DNA of 64,000 nucleotides from Piromyces finnis finn (taxonomy: Eukaryota; Fungi; Neocallimastigomycota), in contig MCFH01000059.1 in the NCBI GenBank assembly GCA_002104945.1, positions 186,001 to 250,000 of the forward strand, in the 5' to 3' direction. The position numbers and the translations under genes were made by a program. The notes below the pieces were generated by a model. That model searched no databases. It was not told the origin of the DNA and was given only the letters and a program-made list of their open reading frames with translations. Positions within the stretch are counted from its first letter, which is position 1; the number at the start of each line of letters is the position of its first letter. Shown piece by piece: positions 1 through 14,825 of this stretch.

Positions 1-1472
1 GGAATTCTACTGGTAAAGTAAAGAATACCACTAGACCAGGCCATGATACTACCAAAGACCTTTTGAATTAAACTAAGATTTGGATTGGCATTACAAATTC
101 TTTGTGGAGCTTCATGGAATGGATTGTCATTTTCTTCATTTTCCTTGATATAATAGTCAATTGCCTTGGCTTGAATTTGAAGAATAAATAAAGAAAAGAG
201 GGCAATGGTTTGAATAACGGTGGAAAGACCCTTTCCTTTCTTGGCTTTTCTTCCCTTTTTTCCTTTCTTTCCTTTCTTTCCCTTCTTCTTCTTCTTTTTG
301 ATAATGGAAGATTCACTACGATTAATACCACTTTCTTCTTCATCATTTTTGGTATCGAGACTTAATTGACTGGTAACCTTACTATCTTCATCAAGGGATT
401 CCTTACTTTCTTCGAGAGATTCCCTACTATCTTCGATTCCGTTATCTTTGATCTTGTCATCATCATCATCTTCTTCCTTTGGTTTAGCGATAATAACCTC
501 ACCTTGTTCTAATTCTTCTTCTTCTTCTTCTTCTTCTTGTTCTTCTGGTTCTACATGTTGTGATTGTTTTTGACTAACTTCATCTAACGTTTCATATTTT
601 GATTGACCTTCTTTTTCAACAACTTTTTCTTTTTCTTCTTCTAATTCAGGTTCTTCTACAGTTTTTGAATTTTCAGAGTTTGAAAAAGTAGAGTCAACCT
701 GAGTAGAATTTGTTGGATAGGAGGAGGAGGCAACAGCTTCAATACCTCTTGAATTAGAAGAGATAGATGCATCGACCTTTGGAGTAGTATCAACTGGATC
801 TGATGGAGGTTGAGTTGGAACCTTTTGAAAATCACTAAAGGTTTCATAGGAAATTTGAGAAAAAGGTTCATGACGTTTTTCATTATCCGTAGTTTCATTA
901 TCAATAGTTTTGATAATTAATGGATCATTTTCTGTTGGTTCATCTTCATCATCACTTTCAATCATGGATGGACCTTTATACATATATTTATAGTAAATAT
1001 ATTGACCAATAATAATAACTTCCATTAAGGCAAAGTAAATACCAACAACCTTTTGAATTGGGTATTGCTCGGTTAAAACAGTACCAATATAATTGGCTTT
1101 AGAACATAATAATAATATATATAAAAGGTATTTTATAAATAAAATGTTTACCAATTTTTATTTTTAATCCCTTTCTAGTAAATATAAAACTTTTTTTGAA
1201 TACACATACCAAAATCACCTAAGAACCAAATACCAATTAATAACAATGATAATCCTTCAGTTGTCTTTCTTTTATAGTTTTCATAGATTTGAGGATAAAA
1301 AGCTATTATATATATAAAGAAATACCCATTTAATATTTAATACTATTGTATAATTTTTTTTTGTTTTTTATTTTTTTTTTAAAAATTTTTTCCTTACCTA
1401 TGAAATAAAATAATATAGAAATTACTCCTGAATAATAACTAAATTTTTCAAGTGGAGTGTAAATACAATCCC
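1..1472 (-). CDS. PQ-loop repeat (Ypq1/PQLC2-like) lysosomal/vacuolar amino-acid transporter; multi-exon, 3' end runs off the window, first exon(s) unresolved
   Basis: Manual splicing of exons 1472-1398, 1302-1210 and 1096-1 (GT-AG, phases compatible) gives DCIYTPLEKFSYYSGVISILFYFIAFYPQIYENYKRKTTEGLSLLLIGIWFLGDFANYIG...; the last exon ends GSIMAWSSGILYFTSRIP, the start of the second PQ motif. Track ORFs 68..346 and 656..904 are wrong-frame shadows. Confidence 0.85.
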
Positions 1473-4437
1473 CTGATAAAGGTAAAGGTAGGTTGGTTGA
1501 AATATTAAATATATATGAAAAAAAATATAAAATATAAAATATGTTAATATGTCAATATGTCAATAGTGGAATAAAAAAAATATCATTTTTGTCAATTTTA
1601 TGTATAAGAGGTTTATTAGGTTTATTACTATTTAAATAAGTATTATTTAAATAATAGTTGACACTTTTTTTTTTAAATTTAACATTAAAATTCCTCGGTT
1701 TAATTCATTCATTTCCATAGTGAAAAATAATAAAAATTAACAATATGAATGATGTATGTAAAGTATTTTTTTTTTAATACTTTATTCTATTGCATATAGG
1801 TTTCAATAATAATTTTTCCTTTATAAAATTTACTATTATTGATATACTTTTTTTTTTGTCCATATATTCATATAATATATATTTAATATTGGTAAATCAT
1901 TGTTGTTTTTATTTGTTATATATGTCCATTTTCATATTTGTTTTGCTAAATATCCATGTGAAATCTTTGTAGGAATAAAAAAAAAAACTCTCATAATAAA
2001 ACCCTCTTTTTATATAATAGTTTTTTCATTGCAATGAATGGGTACATTTAAATGAAAAAAAAAACCCAAAATATATATAATCTAAATATATTTATATATT
2101 GACAAAAAAGAAATAAATATTTTTAATTTTTTTTTTTTTTTTGATTTTTACCAAAAACGGAACCAATCCATTGAACATAACTGTATCCATTTTTTTCAGT
2201 TGGGTCACATACACAATCGACACCTAAAAAACCCATGTTTTGATATTACTAATTTTTTTTCTAAAAAAAAGGTTGCTATTATAATTTATATATTGTTGTT
2301 ATTGTTGTTGTTTTTTTTTATATATTAAACCAATGTTTTTATACAAAAAAAAATAATGCTAGTAAAAGTAATTAGATAGGATTATTAACTTCTTGACATG
2401 AAAATATTAAATAATAAAAAAAATATTGTTAATACTATATTTGATTTCTTTTTTTTTCTTTTTCTTTTTCTTTTTCTTATTTAAATTTATTATTATTGCT
2501 ATTATTTCCGATTGTAATTGGGTAATTGGTTTTTAAAATACAAACTTGTTGAAATTTATAATTTATATTTTACTACAAATATATATTTTTTTTCTTATTC
2601 CTTTTTTTTTTTTTTTTATCTTTTTTTTTTTTTTACAATATTTATTATTATATTTATTTGTCAATAAGAATGAATTCTTTTTTTTTTTTATTTATTTTCT
2701 TTCTTTTTTTTTTGAAAAGGATTTATTCTTGTTGAATTATAAAAATAATAATTTATTTTTTTTTTTTTTTTGTAAAGAAGTTAAAACGAAATAAAAAAAA
2801 ATTTTTTTTTTGTATTTTTTTTTCTTTTTTGGCTAATAAAATTTTTGAAAGTTTTGCTTGGAAAATGGCAGTAAAATTTTTTTTTATTATACAAAATTGG
2901 TGTTATTTTAAAATAGTTTTTTTTTTCTAAAGTAAATATATTTTTATGTTTTAAATGAGAGGTTGTTGTTTATTTTTTTTTAAAAAAAAAAAAAAGTCTT
3001 TTTATTTCAACGTTTTTTCTTTTATTATTCTATAATTATAAAGGAAAAAAAATATAAAAAAAAAAAAATTTTTTTTATTATTATTAAATATTGTGTGTTG
3101 GAAATAGCGATATCCTTATCAAATCATTTTATTCAATATAACAAAAAAAAAAAGGATTTTTAATGCATTCATTCAAAAATAAAATTTATAAATAAAAAAA
3201 GAAAATGAAACACTTTTAAATCATTTACATTCAAATGGGATTACACCTTTATTAATGATGTAGCATGTGCTTTTTTTCCTTTTCTTATATAAAGAAACTT
3301 TTTTTAAAGCATTGAATTTAAATTGTTTTTAACAATAAAGTTCATGAGAAATGATTTGAAGATATTCTTAATCGTTTAATTAATTCAAATTGAAATTTAA
3401 ATGAAAAAAGTTTAATGCGTATAAAAAAAAAGTTTATTCCTAAATGAATTCGTTTAAAAAAAAATTAATGAAATAATTAATGAAATAATTAATGAAATAT
3501 AGTTTTTGTTTTATGGTTTCATTATTGTAGAAAAGAAAATATTTCATCAAATTGAATTGGTTTCTTTTTCTATTCGATAAAATAAAAAAAAAGTTTTCAC
3601 TTTTCTTTTTTACTGATAAAAAAAAAACTTATCTTTTTTTAAAAATAAAAAATTTTTATCAATAAACTTTAATTAATATTAAAAAAAACAATAGTACTGA
3701 ATGGACTCTTGAAATTTTATTGGTTAAACTTTACAAAAAATAAATAAATAAATGAATAAATAAATTTTGATATTTAAATAAATAACTACAAAGGAATGAG
3801 GAAAGTAGCAATACATAAAAAAAAAAAAGGTCAAAATACAATATTTAATAATTAATATGGACTAATAAAAAGAAGGAATAAAAAAATAAAGAATATAAAT
3901 ATTAATTTAAAATAGATTAAAAAAATTATTATCAACCATAGTATTAATTATTAACTAATACAATGTGACTTGACCCTATGAATTATCACTATTTTATATT
4001 TTATTAGGTGATAATGTATACGTATGTAAATAACTTAATGTATTAAACGGTAATGTAGAAGGCAATGAATGTAAAATGGATCATCCATTAAATCCACCTT
4101 AACTTTGATAAATAGTTTTTAAGAAAAAAAAAAGGTTCTTCTTTTAAATTAATAGTAATAATCATTAAGTTAAAAAAAAAAAAAAAAGTGGTATTGAAAA
4201 AAGTTTTAGTTTGACTTTCTGAAATCGACCTTTAAAACTATAGTGTATATATATTTTGTTGGTTGGTTGGTTGGTTGGCATTCAAGTAAACTGATTAAAA
4301 TAAATATTTTAAAAGCATTATATATGGATATTGAAGCTTTTTATTCAAATATACTAATGAATAATAAAACGTTTAAATTGATTAATTTTTTTTTTTGCTT
4401 TCAAGATAATTAATATTTTTTATAAATACAATATAGA

Positions 4438-4458
4438 TATATTATTATTATTATTCTA

Positions 4459-4510
<52 letters not shown>

Positions 4511-4542
4511 TAATTATTATTATTCTAATTATTATTATTCTA

Positions 4543-4600
<58 letters not shown>

Positions 4601-4615
4601 CAATTATTATTATTT
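4438..4615. repeat. (TTA)n microsatellite with TTCTAA interruptions
   Basis: Directly visible tandem repeat. Confidence 0.95.
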
Positions 4616-4796
4616 ATTACAGAAATATATTCAGATTTTATTAAATGTAAACTATTGAAAAAATATATATATTATAAAAGTGAGACAAATGAGATTGGAA
4701 AAACTTTTTTTCTTACTATTTCATACTATTTACAATACATTATTAAATACATAACAAAATACATTATAGAAATTTTTTTTTTTGCAAAGAAATATC

Positions 4797-4959
4797 ACTA
4801 CCTGTCAAAGCTAAAGATACAGTATGACGACAAATCAGGAGGGTCACAACCACCTAGCAATAGGAATGAGCCAACGTTTCTCTAAGAACCACCATTGGGG
4901 CTAACTCTGATTGATGGGAGAAATGCACTCGGAAGTTAAAAAAAAAACTACCTGTCAAA
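4797..4959 (+). mobile_element. Short poly-A-tailed insertion (about 137 bp) flanked by a 13-bp target-site duplication; likely 5'-truncated non-LTR retroelement or retroposed RNA
   Basis: ACTACCTGTCAAA at 4797-4809 and 4947-4959. The enclosed segment is much more GC-rich than its flanks and ends in an A-run at about 4938-4947. Confidence 0.7.
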
Positions 4960-7548
4960 TAATTTTAGTTTGAAAGAGTAGATTTTCCATTGAATATGTA
5001 AACATTTAGTAATTAGGTTTTAGTATTTCATTCCTTTCCGACGATCAAAATATTTTTTTTATTTCCTTGCCATTCCATATACTAAACTTTACTATATACT
5101 AAACATTCTTTAATTTGTTCGTATTGACAACCTCATTATTAGGTATTAGGTAATGAGATTATCATTATGGATCATACATTTACATTATTGTATTTACATT
5201 GAACGTAATGTTGTAGAGTAAAAAAAAGAATTTAAAAGGTCTATAAAAATTTTACTATCTAAAATAATATATCAAGTTTTTATTTAAAATTAAAATTATA
5301 TTAGAAAAAGTTAAAAGTGGTAAATTAATGAATAAAAAAAAATGTTGTTTTCCATTTTAAATTAAATATCCTTTTAAGAAAAATAGCTTTTTTTTTTTTT
5401 TTTAAAAAAAAAAAAGTATCAAATGAAAAAGGCATTAAAAAAAAAAATCTTTATTTTGTTATGCATCAATTAAAAAAAAATTTTTTTTATGCACAAATTG
5501 AAAAAAAAAATTTCATTAGTGGCGAGGGGGTTTTTTTTTTTTTTTTGTAAAAGTAATTAGTCATTCTTTAATTTTTTTTCTTTTTTTTTCAAAAAAAAAA
5601 CTGTCATTGTTTTAGTGTGTGTGCTATCATGGCATTAAATTACTTTACTAAAAAATAACATGGAGATGAGGTTTGAATCTTTTTTCTCTATTTTATTTCA
5701 TGAAATGATTAAATAATTAAAAATAGTTTAATTGTAAGTAGTAAATAGCTAATGTAGGTAGATACAACTACATTGATGAATTACTACTCATTACACTAAT
5801 TAAAAAAAAAGATAAACTTTTTTAAAAAGTGAATTTAGCCTTTTTTTTTTTTTTTTTCTATTTCAAATAAATAATATTACCAAAGATGGAAAAAATTATT
5901 TTTTAAATAATAAATTTAAAACATTGACATGATATATTAATAATATATTGAAATATATATTAAAAAAATTGTCAACTTTTATAAAGTAGACTTTTTCTCT
6001 TTTTTTTTAAAAAAAAATTCTTTTTGATTTTTTTAAATCAACTATTGATAATAATTCTATCTAGTAGGAAAAAAATGTAAAAGGGATTTACAAAGTCAGA
6101 AAAAAAAAAAAAAAAAGAAAAGAAAAAGAAAAATAGTTTAAAAAAGGGTAATGGTTGCTTTTTTTTTTTTATAGAACTTGAAAATGGAAGAAGAAAATGA
6201 AGGAAAGTATTAAAAAAAAAAAAAAAAAAATAGTATATATAGTTCAATTTAAATAGTTTATTACAGAAAAAAATAAAATAAAATAAAAAAAAAAAAGGGA
6301 GGAAGAGAAGAAAAAAGGAATTTATCTTGTTCATTTTTTATTTTTTTATTTTTTTTTTTTTATATAATACAGGATTTTTACCAACCGATACTTTAAAAGT
6401 TTTGTCAAAAAGAAAAGATTGAAAAAAAGGCGCTATTGATGTGATGCAAAAAAAAAAATTATATACAAACTTTTTATATATTTATAAAGCTTATAATGGA
6501 TAAAAACAACTTTTTTTTTTATACACACGCAAAAGTGACTTTTAATAAAAATAGAATTTTACTATTTTTATTTTATTACAAAACTTTTTTTTTTTTTACA
6601 ATTTATTTTAATTTTTTTAAGAGTTTTTTTTTTTTTTTTGGTGTGAATAGAATTGTTTGTTTTGGGTGGGGGATTTTTTTTTTTTTTAACTTTTTTTGAT
6701 ATTGGTGTGTAAAAGGAAAGAGAATGGTGGATTTAAAACTTTAGCATGTTTTAATCTCATCTTTTCAATTCCCCTTTTTCCATTTTTATTAGTGGTTACA
6801 ATGCCATGATGGTCATTCATCCTTTTAAAATATCATCATGGATTTAAAAAATGTTTTTTGATTTTCTATTTTTAAACATGATTTGGATACTTTTTTAGCA
6901 TCAAAATCATGTTTTTAATCTTTTTGTGATTCTATATTTTTTATAGAAATATATACTATAAATCAATATTTTCTGCTTTATGCTTACTTACTTTTTTTTT
7001 TTTTACTAATATTTATTATGGATATATTATATATTGTTTATAGATTTTAGTTTGTAGAATATTAAATAAATATGAAAGTTTTATAATTATGTGATTATTA
7101 ATTTATTATTTACTACTAATATAAATATTTATATAATGATAATAGTATACTATTCATTTCTTTTTTTTTTAAAAAAAAAAATAACGTTTATGAAAAAAAA
7201 AACAATAAAAAATATTTAAAAAAAATTATTCTTTAATAATTTTTTTAAATTTTTTTATTTGTGTGTGTGTGTGTTTTTTTTTACCGATATTCTTATATTA
7301 AACAAATAAAAAATTATACATAATTATGGATTAATTTTTTTTGTTATCACAAAAAAATTAGGTATACTTTATATATAACTTTTTTTATAAAATAATCTTT
7401 AATTTTCTCTTTCTTTTCTTTCGATGGGATATATTAAATATAATTTCATTGTTAATAATTAAAATATAATAATATTGTTGGATTTGATACCTATCTTACA
7501 CAGTATAGGTAATCACTCTATATCTATTAAAGTAATATATGGATAGAT

Positions 7549-9153
<1,605 letters not shown>

Positions 9154-12100
9154 TTTTGAAATATAATATATAGGTTTAATAAATTAATATCTATAAATAT
9201 TTTATATACAAAAATAATAAGTATATTGAGAAAATAGTTATAGGAAAATATATAAAATAATATTATTAGTTTTTGACGTTTTTTCTTTTTTCAACATTAA
9301 ATTTTTTTAAAAAATATATTTCTATTTATAATATTATTCTATAAGACATTACCTTTGTTTTGAAAAATTAAGTTATAGTTGTTTTAAAAAAGATAATAAC
9401 TTTTTTAAACAATAAATTCAATGGTTTTTTTTTTAATTATTTAATAGTGCTTTTTTTCTAAATAAAGTTTTTTTTTATTTGAAAATTTAGTTTTTATATA
9501 AAACCAAACTATTTTAAATAAAAAAAATATAAAATAGAATTAATAAAATATAATAAATTACTATTGTTAAAAAAAAAAAAAAAAAAACTTTTTTACTCTT
9601 TTTATATGTTTTTTTTTTTTTTTTTTTTTTAATTTGAGAAATTAATATATAATTTGGAAATAGATCAAAAAAATTTCGCAATTAATAATTAACAATAAAA
9701 ATTAAAAAAAAAAAAATTTTTATATCGATTTTTAATATTAAATTTAAATTAGTAATAAATTTTGTACTTTTTATTCAAATTCAATGATTAATCTTGAGGT
9801 TGAATAACGGGTATTAATGGTTTATTTCTTATATATAAATGGTTTTTTTATTTATTTATTTAAAAGATATTTTACACCAACTGTAATGATGATGATGCCT
9901 TTCCAAGCTTATTCTAACCTAAATAGGAAGGAATATCAAGTAATTTATTTATTTATTATTTTATTTATTCATTTATTTATTGGTGTTATTTTTACGATTG
10001 TTTTTTTTTCAGCTTTTGTTTTTCATGCCTTGAACAAATAATTTAATTCATAAAAATGAATTAGCCAATAAAAAAAAAGTTAATTCAATATACTATTAAA
10101 GATTATATTCTAATATATAATAATTATATATATTAATATATTTTAATTATAAATTCTTTTAATTACTATTTAATTATCAAATAATCCATCAATTATAATA
10201 ACATTGATTAATAATAGAACTATTAATATATTAAATAATAATAATATATATAATAAATTGATAAATATATTGAAAATTAAAACATAAATAAATTTATAAT
10301 ATATTTATTATATTAATCTATTTATACATGAAATGAAAGATAAAATATTTATATATACTATTAATATACGTAAACTATAATGTATTTTAATTAAAAAAAC
10401 TTTCATCTTTTATTTTTATATTTATTAATAATATATATAAATTAATATAATTATTATATATTCTTATTCAATTAAATATATTTATAATATAATTAATTCT
10501 ATCTTTTTTATACATCATCAATAATGAAATATTAAATATTACTATAAATATAAAATGTACAATTCTGTATCACATACAATATACTGTAATATATTAGGTT
10601 GAATTTAAAATGAATGAATTTCAATAGAATAGAATATAATCAAAGATATATAGAAAGTTATTAATAGAAATTTTACATTTACAAATTTTTTTTAGTAACT
10701 TTATTAGTTAATGAACATGACATGCCAACACAAGTTTTTGACATTATACAGAAATAATTTACCACCTATGGTAAATGATGGTAGAAGGGTTGTGGTATAT
10801 GAGGAGAAAAAGAGGTAAAAAGTGGCTTTATTCACCTTTCTCCAATTTTTTTATTCATAAAACTTGTCATGAATCAAATTATAATTAATAAAACATAATA
10901 GTATGTTAATAGTAAAAGGAATCAAAGTATAATTAATAATAATATGAATTTCGTGTAAAATTGATATTAATATTCTTTTTTTGAAAACTAAAAGAAAGAA
11001 ATGATTTTTTTTAATTAACAAAATGAATCGATAACTTTATTAACATTCTTCCCTTCAAAATATTCAAATTATTCTAGATATTCTAGGTAAGAAAAGCCAT
11101 TTTAATTTTTTTTTTTTTTTTTACATCTATATTTCTTTTTTAAAATTCTAGGCATTTATTTATTCTATTCACTTAGTTTACTATTAAACTATATTTATTA
11201 ATAAATGGTATTAAAGGGAAAATGTTCAAAAAAAACATAAAATAAGAAATACCATTAAATATTAAATTGATAATAGTGGAATGATCATGAACGTGTTTAT
11301 ACTCTATATTTTTTTTAATTACAATAACTATTTATTATATTTCAACTTTTATAAAATGTTGTTCTAAACTAATTACATTTGATTTATTACACCATTGATG
11401 TAATTTTTAATTTGATATTGCTTTCACAAAAAAATTACCCTTCAATTTCATTTACTCATTAACTGTTTAATTTTTTTAAACTACTTTGAAATCATTTAGT
11501 AAATTACTCTAACTAGTTAACAAGACCTAATTGTAGTAATAAATTAAAATGCTAGAGGAAATGAAACCATTTTTGACAGAATTAGAATTGTCAAAAAAAT
11601 AAACAGAAAAAAAAAAATAAATTAAAAAAAGTTTAATTTAATAAATTATCTACAAATTTAATTTTTAATACATTACATTAAATTACATTACATTAAAATT
11701 CAAATAAATTTTATTTTATAATAAAACAAAATGAATCTCCATTTTATTATAAATTAAGATTTAACTTTTTTTAAAAGAAAGTTTAATTATTTTAATAACT
11801 AATAAATAGTATTATTGATTTAAAAAAAAAAAAAAATGAAAGGTTTTGTATAATGAAATGGAAGGAATGAGCAGGAATGAGAATGTATAACAATTATGAA
11901 TTATTAGTGAAAAGAAAAAAAAACTTGTTAAGGAAAACAATCCTAATTATTAAAAAAAAAAAAAAAGAATAACCAAAGTTTTACAGAAAAAAAATTAAAA
12001 TAGTTCCCCACTAATAAATAAAAGATTAAAAATCAAATTAAAAACTAGTCATAAGATAGGTGGAAGGTATCAATAGATATTATATCATTTTTAATAAAGC

Positions 12101-14569
12101 ATTCTGTTAATGACATTTATAGCCTAAATTATTTAGATTCAAATTAACATTATTTTATGAATACATTAAAAAAAAGGACATTATCATTATCACATAATAA
12201 CCTTTTTTTTTTTTGAATTTATCATCTTTCAATTTTTAAACTTTTTTTTTCTACCCGTAAATTAATTTTTTTTTGCTTAAATAAGATTTTATATTAAAAA
12301 TAAATAAAAATTATTTAAGATTATATATTACAATATATTATGTCGTATATTACAAAAATTGGCATGACAAAAAAGTAGTTAATTTTTTTTTCCTAAATAA
12401 TAAAAAATTATTAATATATTACAATTATAATTTTATAGTATATTATAATGTATTCTATTATAATAAGTGGAAATCATCAACAAATATATTCCATTCTATT
12501 ATAAAATAAAGTTTATTATTCAAAAGAATAAGAAGATGTGACTTGAACATTAAGGTGAAACTTTAACCATAAAAAAAATTGGGTGTTGGTTAAATCGAAT
12601 AAAAAAAATAAATCCTTTGAAGAAAGAGAAAATGAGTGTGAGGATTGGCCTACTCTATAAGGTTATTCCTTTTTCCTTTATTTATATTATAATATCCGTT
12701 TTTGTGCTTAATAAAAGTTTATTTAATAATAAAATGTTTAAAAAAAAAGGAACCACTCTCATTTATTTATAACCTGAATTAAGGCTGAATGAAATAATTT
12801 AATAGGATTTAAAATGTTGACCATTCAATGAATAGGATATAAGAACAAAAGAAAAAGTAAACGCATGGAACAGACAAGCTAGTAAAAATAAAACTAGAAA
12901 ATATAAATGATGATGATATAGAAATAAAACATTTCTTTAAAAAAAAAGAGTAAATTTTTTATTTGTATTCAATATTAATTTTATGATTTATTATTGTCTT
13001 TCTTTTCAATATCCTCATCATACTAATGCAATCATTTAATGAAAATCTCCATCTATGATAAATAAAAAAAAAAACTTATCAAAAAAAAAAACTTTACCAA
13101 ATCGATCTTGAGGTTTGATTTATTCAAGGGAAAAAAATTAGTCTATTTTAAAATATTTAAATCAAGATGTAATTTATTATTTTATATAAACAATGTTTTT
13201 TTTTTTTTTTTTAACTTTCATCTGTTGATTTGATAACTTTAAAAAAAGTTTTTTTTTTAAAAAAAAATACAGAAATTAAAATCTTTTTTAATAGTTTAAA
13301 TGTTACCTATTCATATATACTCTTTACCTATAATAATACTATAAAATAAAAATATTCAAAATGGTAAAGTTCTCATTAGGCAGATTAAAAGATAAATGCA
13401 CGTTTTTGTATTGATGTCATTTTAATTCCTCAAACAATGAAAAGAATAAATACTTTTTTAATTAAAAACTCACTGCCAATTTGTGGAATGGAAATTTTAA
13501 TAATAGATTAATATATTACAATATATTACAATATATATTCTAATTTATTTCTATTAAATAAAAAAGGTGTGGATAAGTTTAAAAATTATTTTTTATATTG
13601 TAATAATAAAAATTATCCTTTATGAATGGATGATTATTAAAAGACAATCACAGGTAAAAAAAAAAAGTAATAGTAATAGTAATGGTGTATATATAATTCT
13701 ATTGGATTTTTATAAAACTTTTTTATTTTCTCTATAAGAGTGTTCTTTTTATCAATTTATGTTGATACCTACTCTTACGTTTTACTACATTATTTTATAA
13801 TATAGAAAAAAAATGTAATAAAAATTATAGCAACAATCTAAAACAATTTTTTAAAAAGTAAAAAAGGAAATATTCTTATTTTAGATAATATCATTCAAAA
13901 TGGGTAAAAAGTCTTATAAAATATTATTGACAATAACAATTTTATACATTATAAAACTTTTTTTTTTGCTATTCTCTTCTAGTAACAAAGAAAACAACAA
14001 CAACGGTAGAAATATAAATTAAATAATGTAAAATAAAAAGCGCGAATCATTTTCAAAATTTTTTAATTTTTAATAAATAATTAAAACGAATAATAAATAA
14101 TCTTCAACATCCATAATGTACATAATAATAAAAAAAGCACCAAATACCTAATAAGAAAAAAAAAACAATACTAGTACAGTATAAACAACAATACTAGTAT
14201 ACCTTTTTTTGATTTTTTAAACTATTAAAAAATTAACTTTATTAGGGTAAAAGTAAAATTTATGTGATAAAATCCATATTATATTATTAATAATGGGGGA
14301 GGGAATAAGAAACAATTCTCCGCCGTTACTTGGGTGATATTCATTTTATTTATTTTTTTTTTACTACCAGTAAATGAATTGATAAACAAATAAAAATGGG
14401 AAGGAATAGGAATACTTTATTAAATAATAATTATTTAATAATTTATGCATTTATTATATATTATTGTTGTATACAAAAAAGGTTTATTTTTTAATTCATT
14501 TTAACCATTCTTTAATGATTTCCAATGACGTCATGTCATATGCAATTAAAGTGGAAACAATACTATTAC

Positions 14570-14774
14570 AACTAATACTAATATTAATACTAATACTACT
14601 ACTACTACTACTAATACTAATACTAATACTAATACTAATACTAATACTAATACTAATACAATACTAATACTAATATTAATACTAATACTAATACTAATAC
14701 TAATACTAATACTAATACTAATACAATACTAATACTAATACTAATACTAATACTAATACTAATACTAATACTAA

Positions 14775-14812
<38 letters not shown>

Positions 14813-14825
14813 ATACTAATACTAA
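14570..14825. repeat. (TACTAA)n hexamer microsatellite with (TAC)n stretches
   Basis: Directly visible; explains spurious ORFs 14464..14667 and 14653..14865. Confidence 0.95.

Noticed and set aside
68-904. Track ORFs 68..346 and 656..904
   Set aside because: Wrong-frame readings of the PQ-loop gene, whose true frame runs off the window edge.
1790-6699. Short F/I/L/K-rich ORFs (1790, 2546, 6038, 6496)
   Set aside because: Translations of poly-T/poly-A intergenic DNA, mostly with TTG starts and no motifs.
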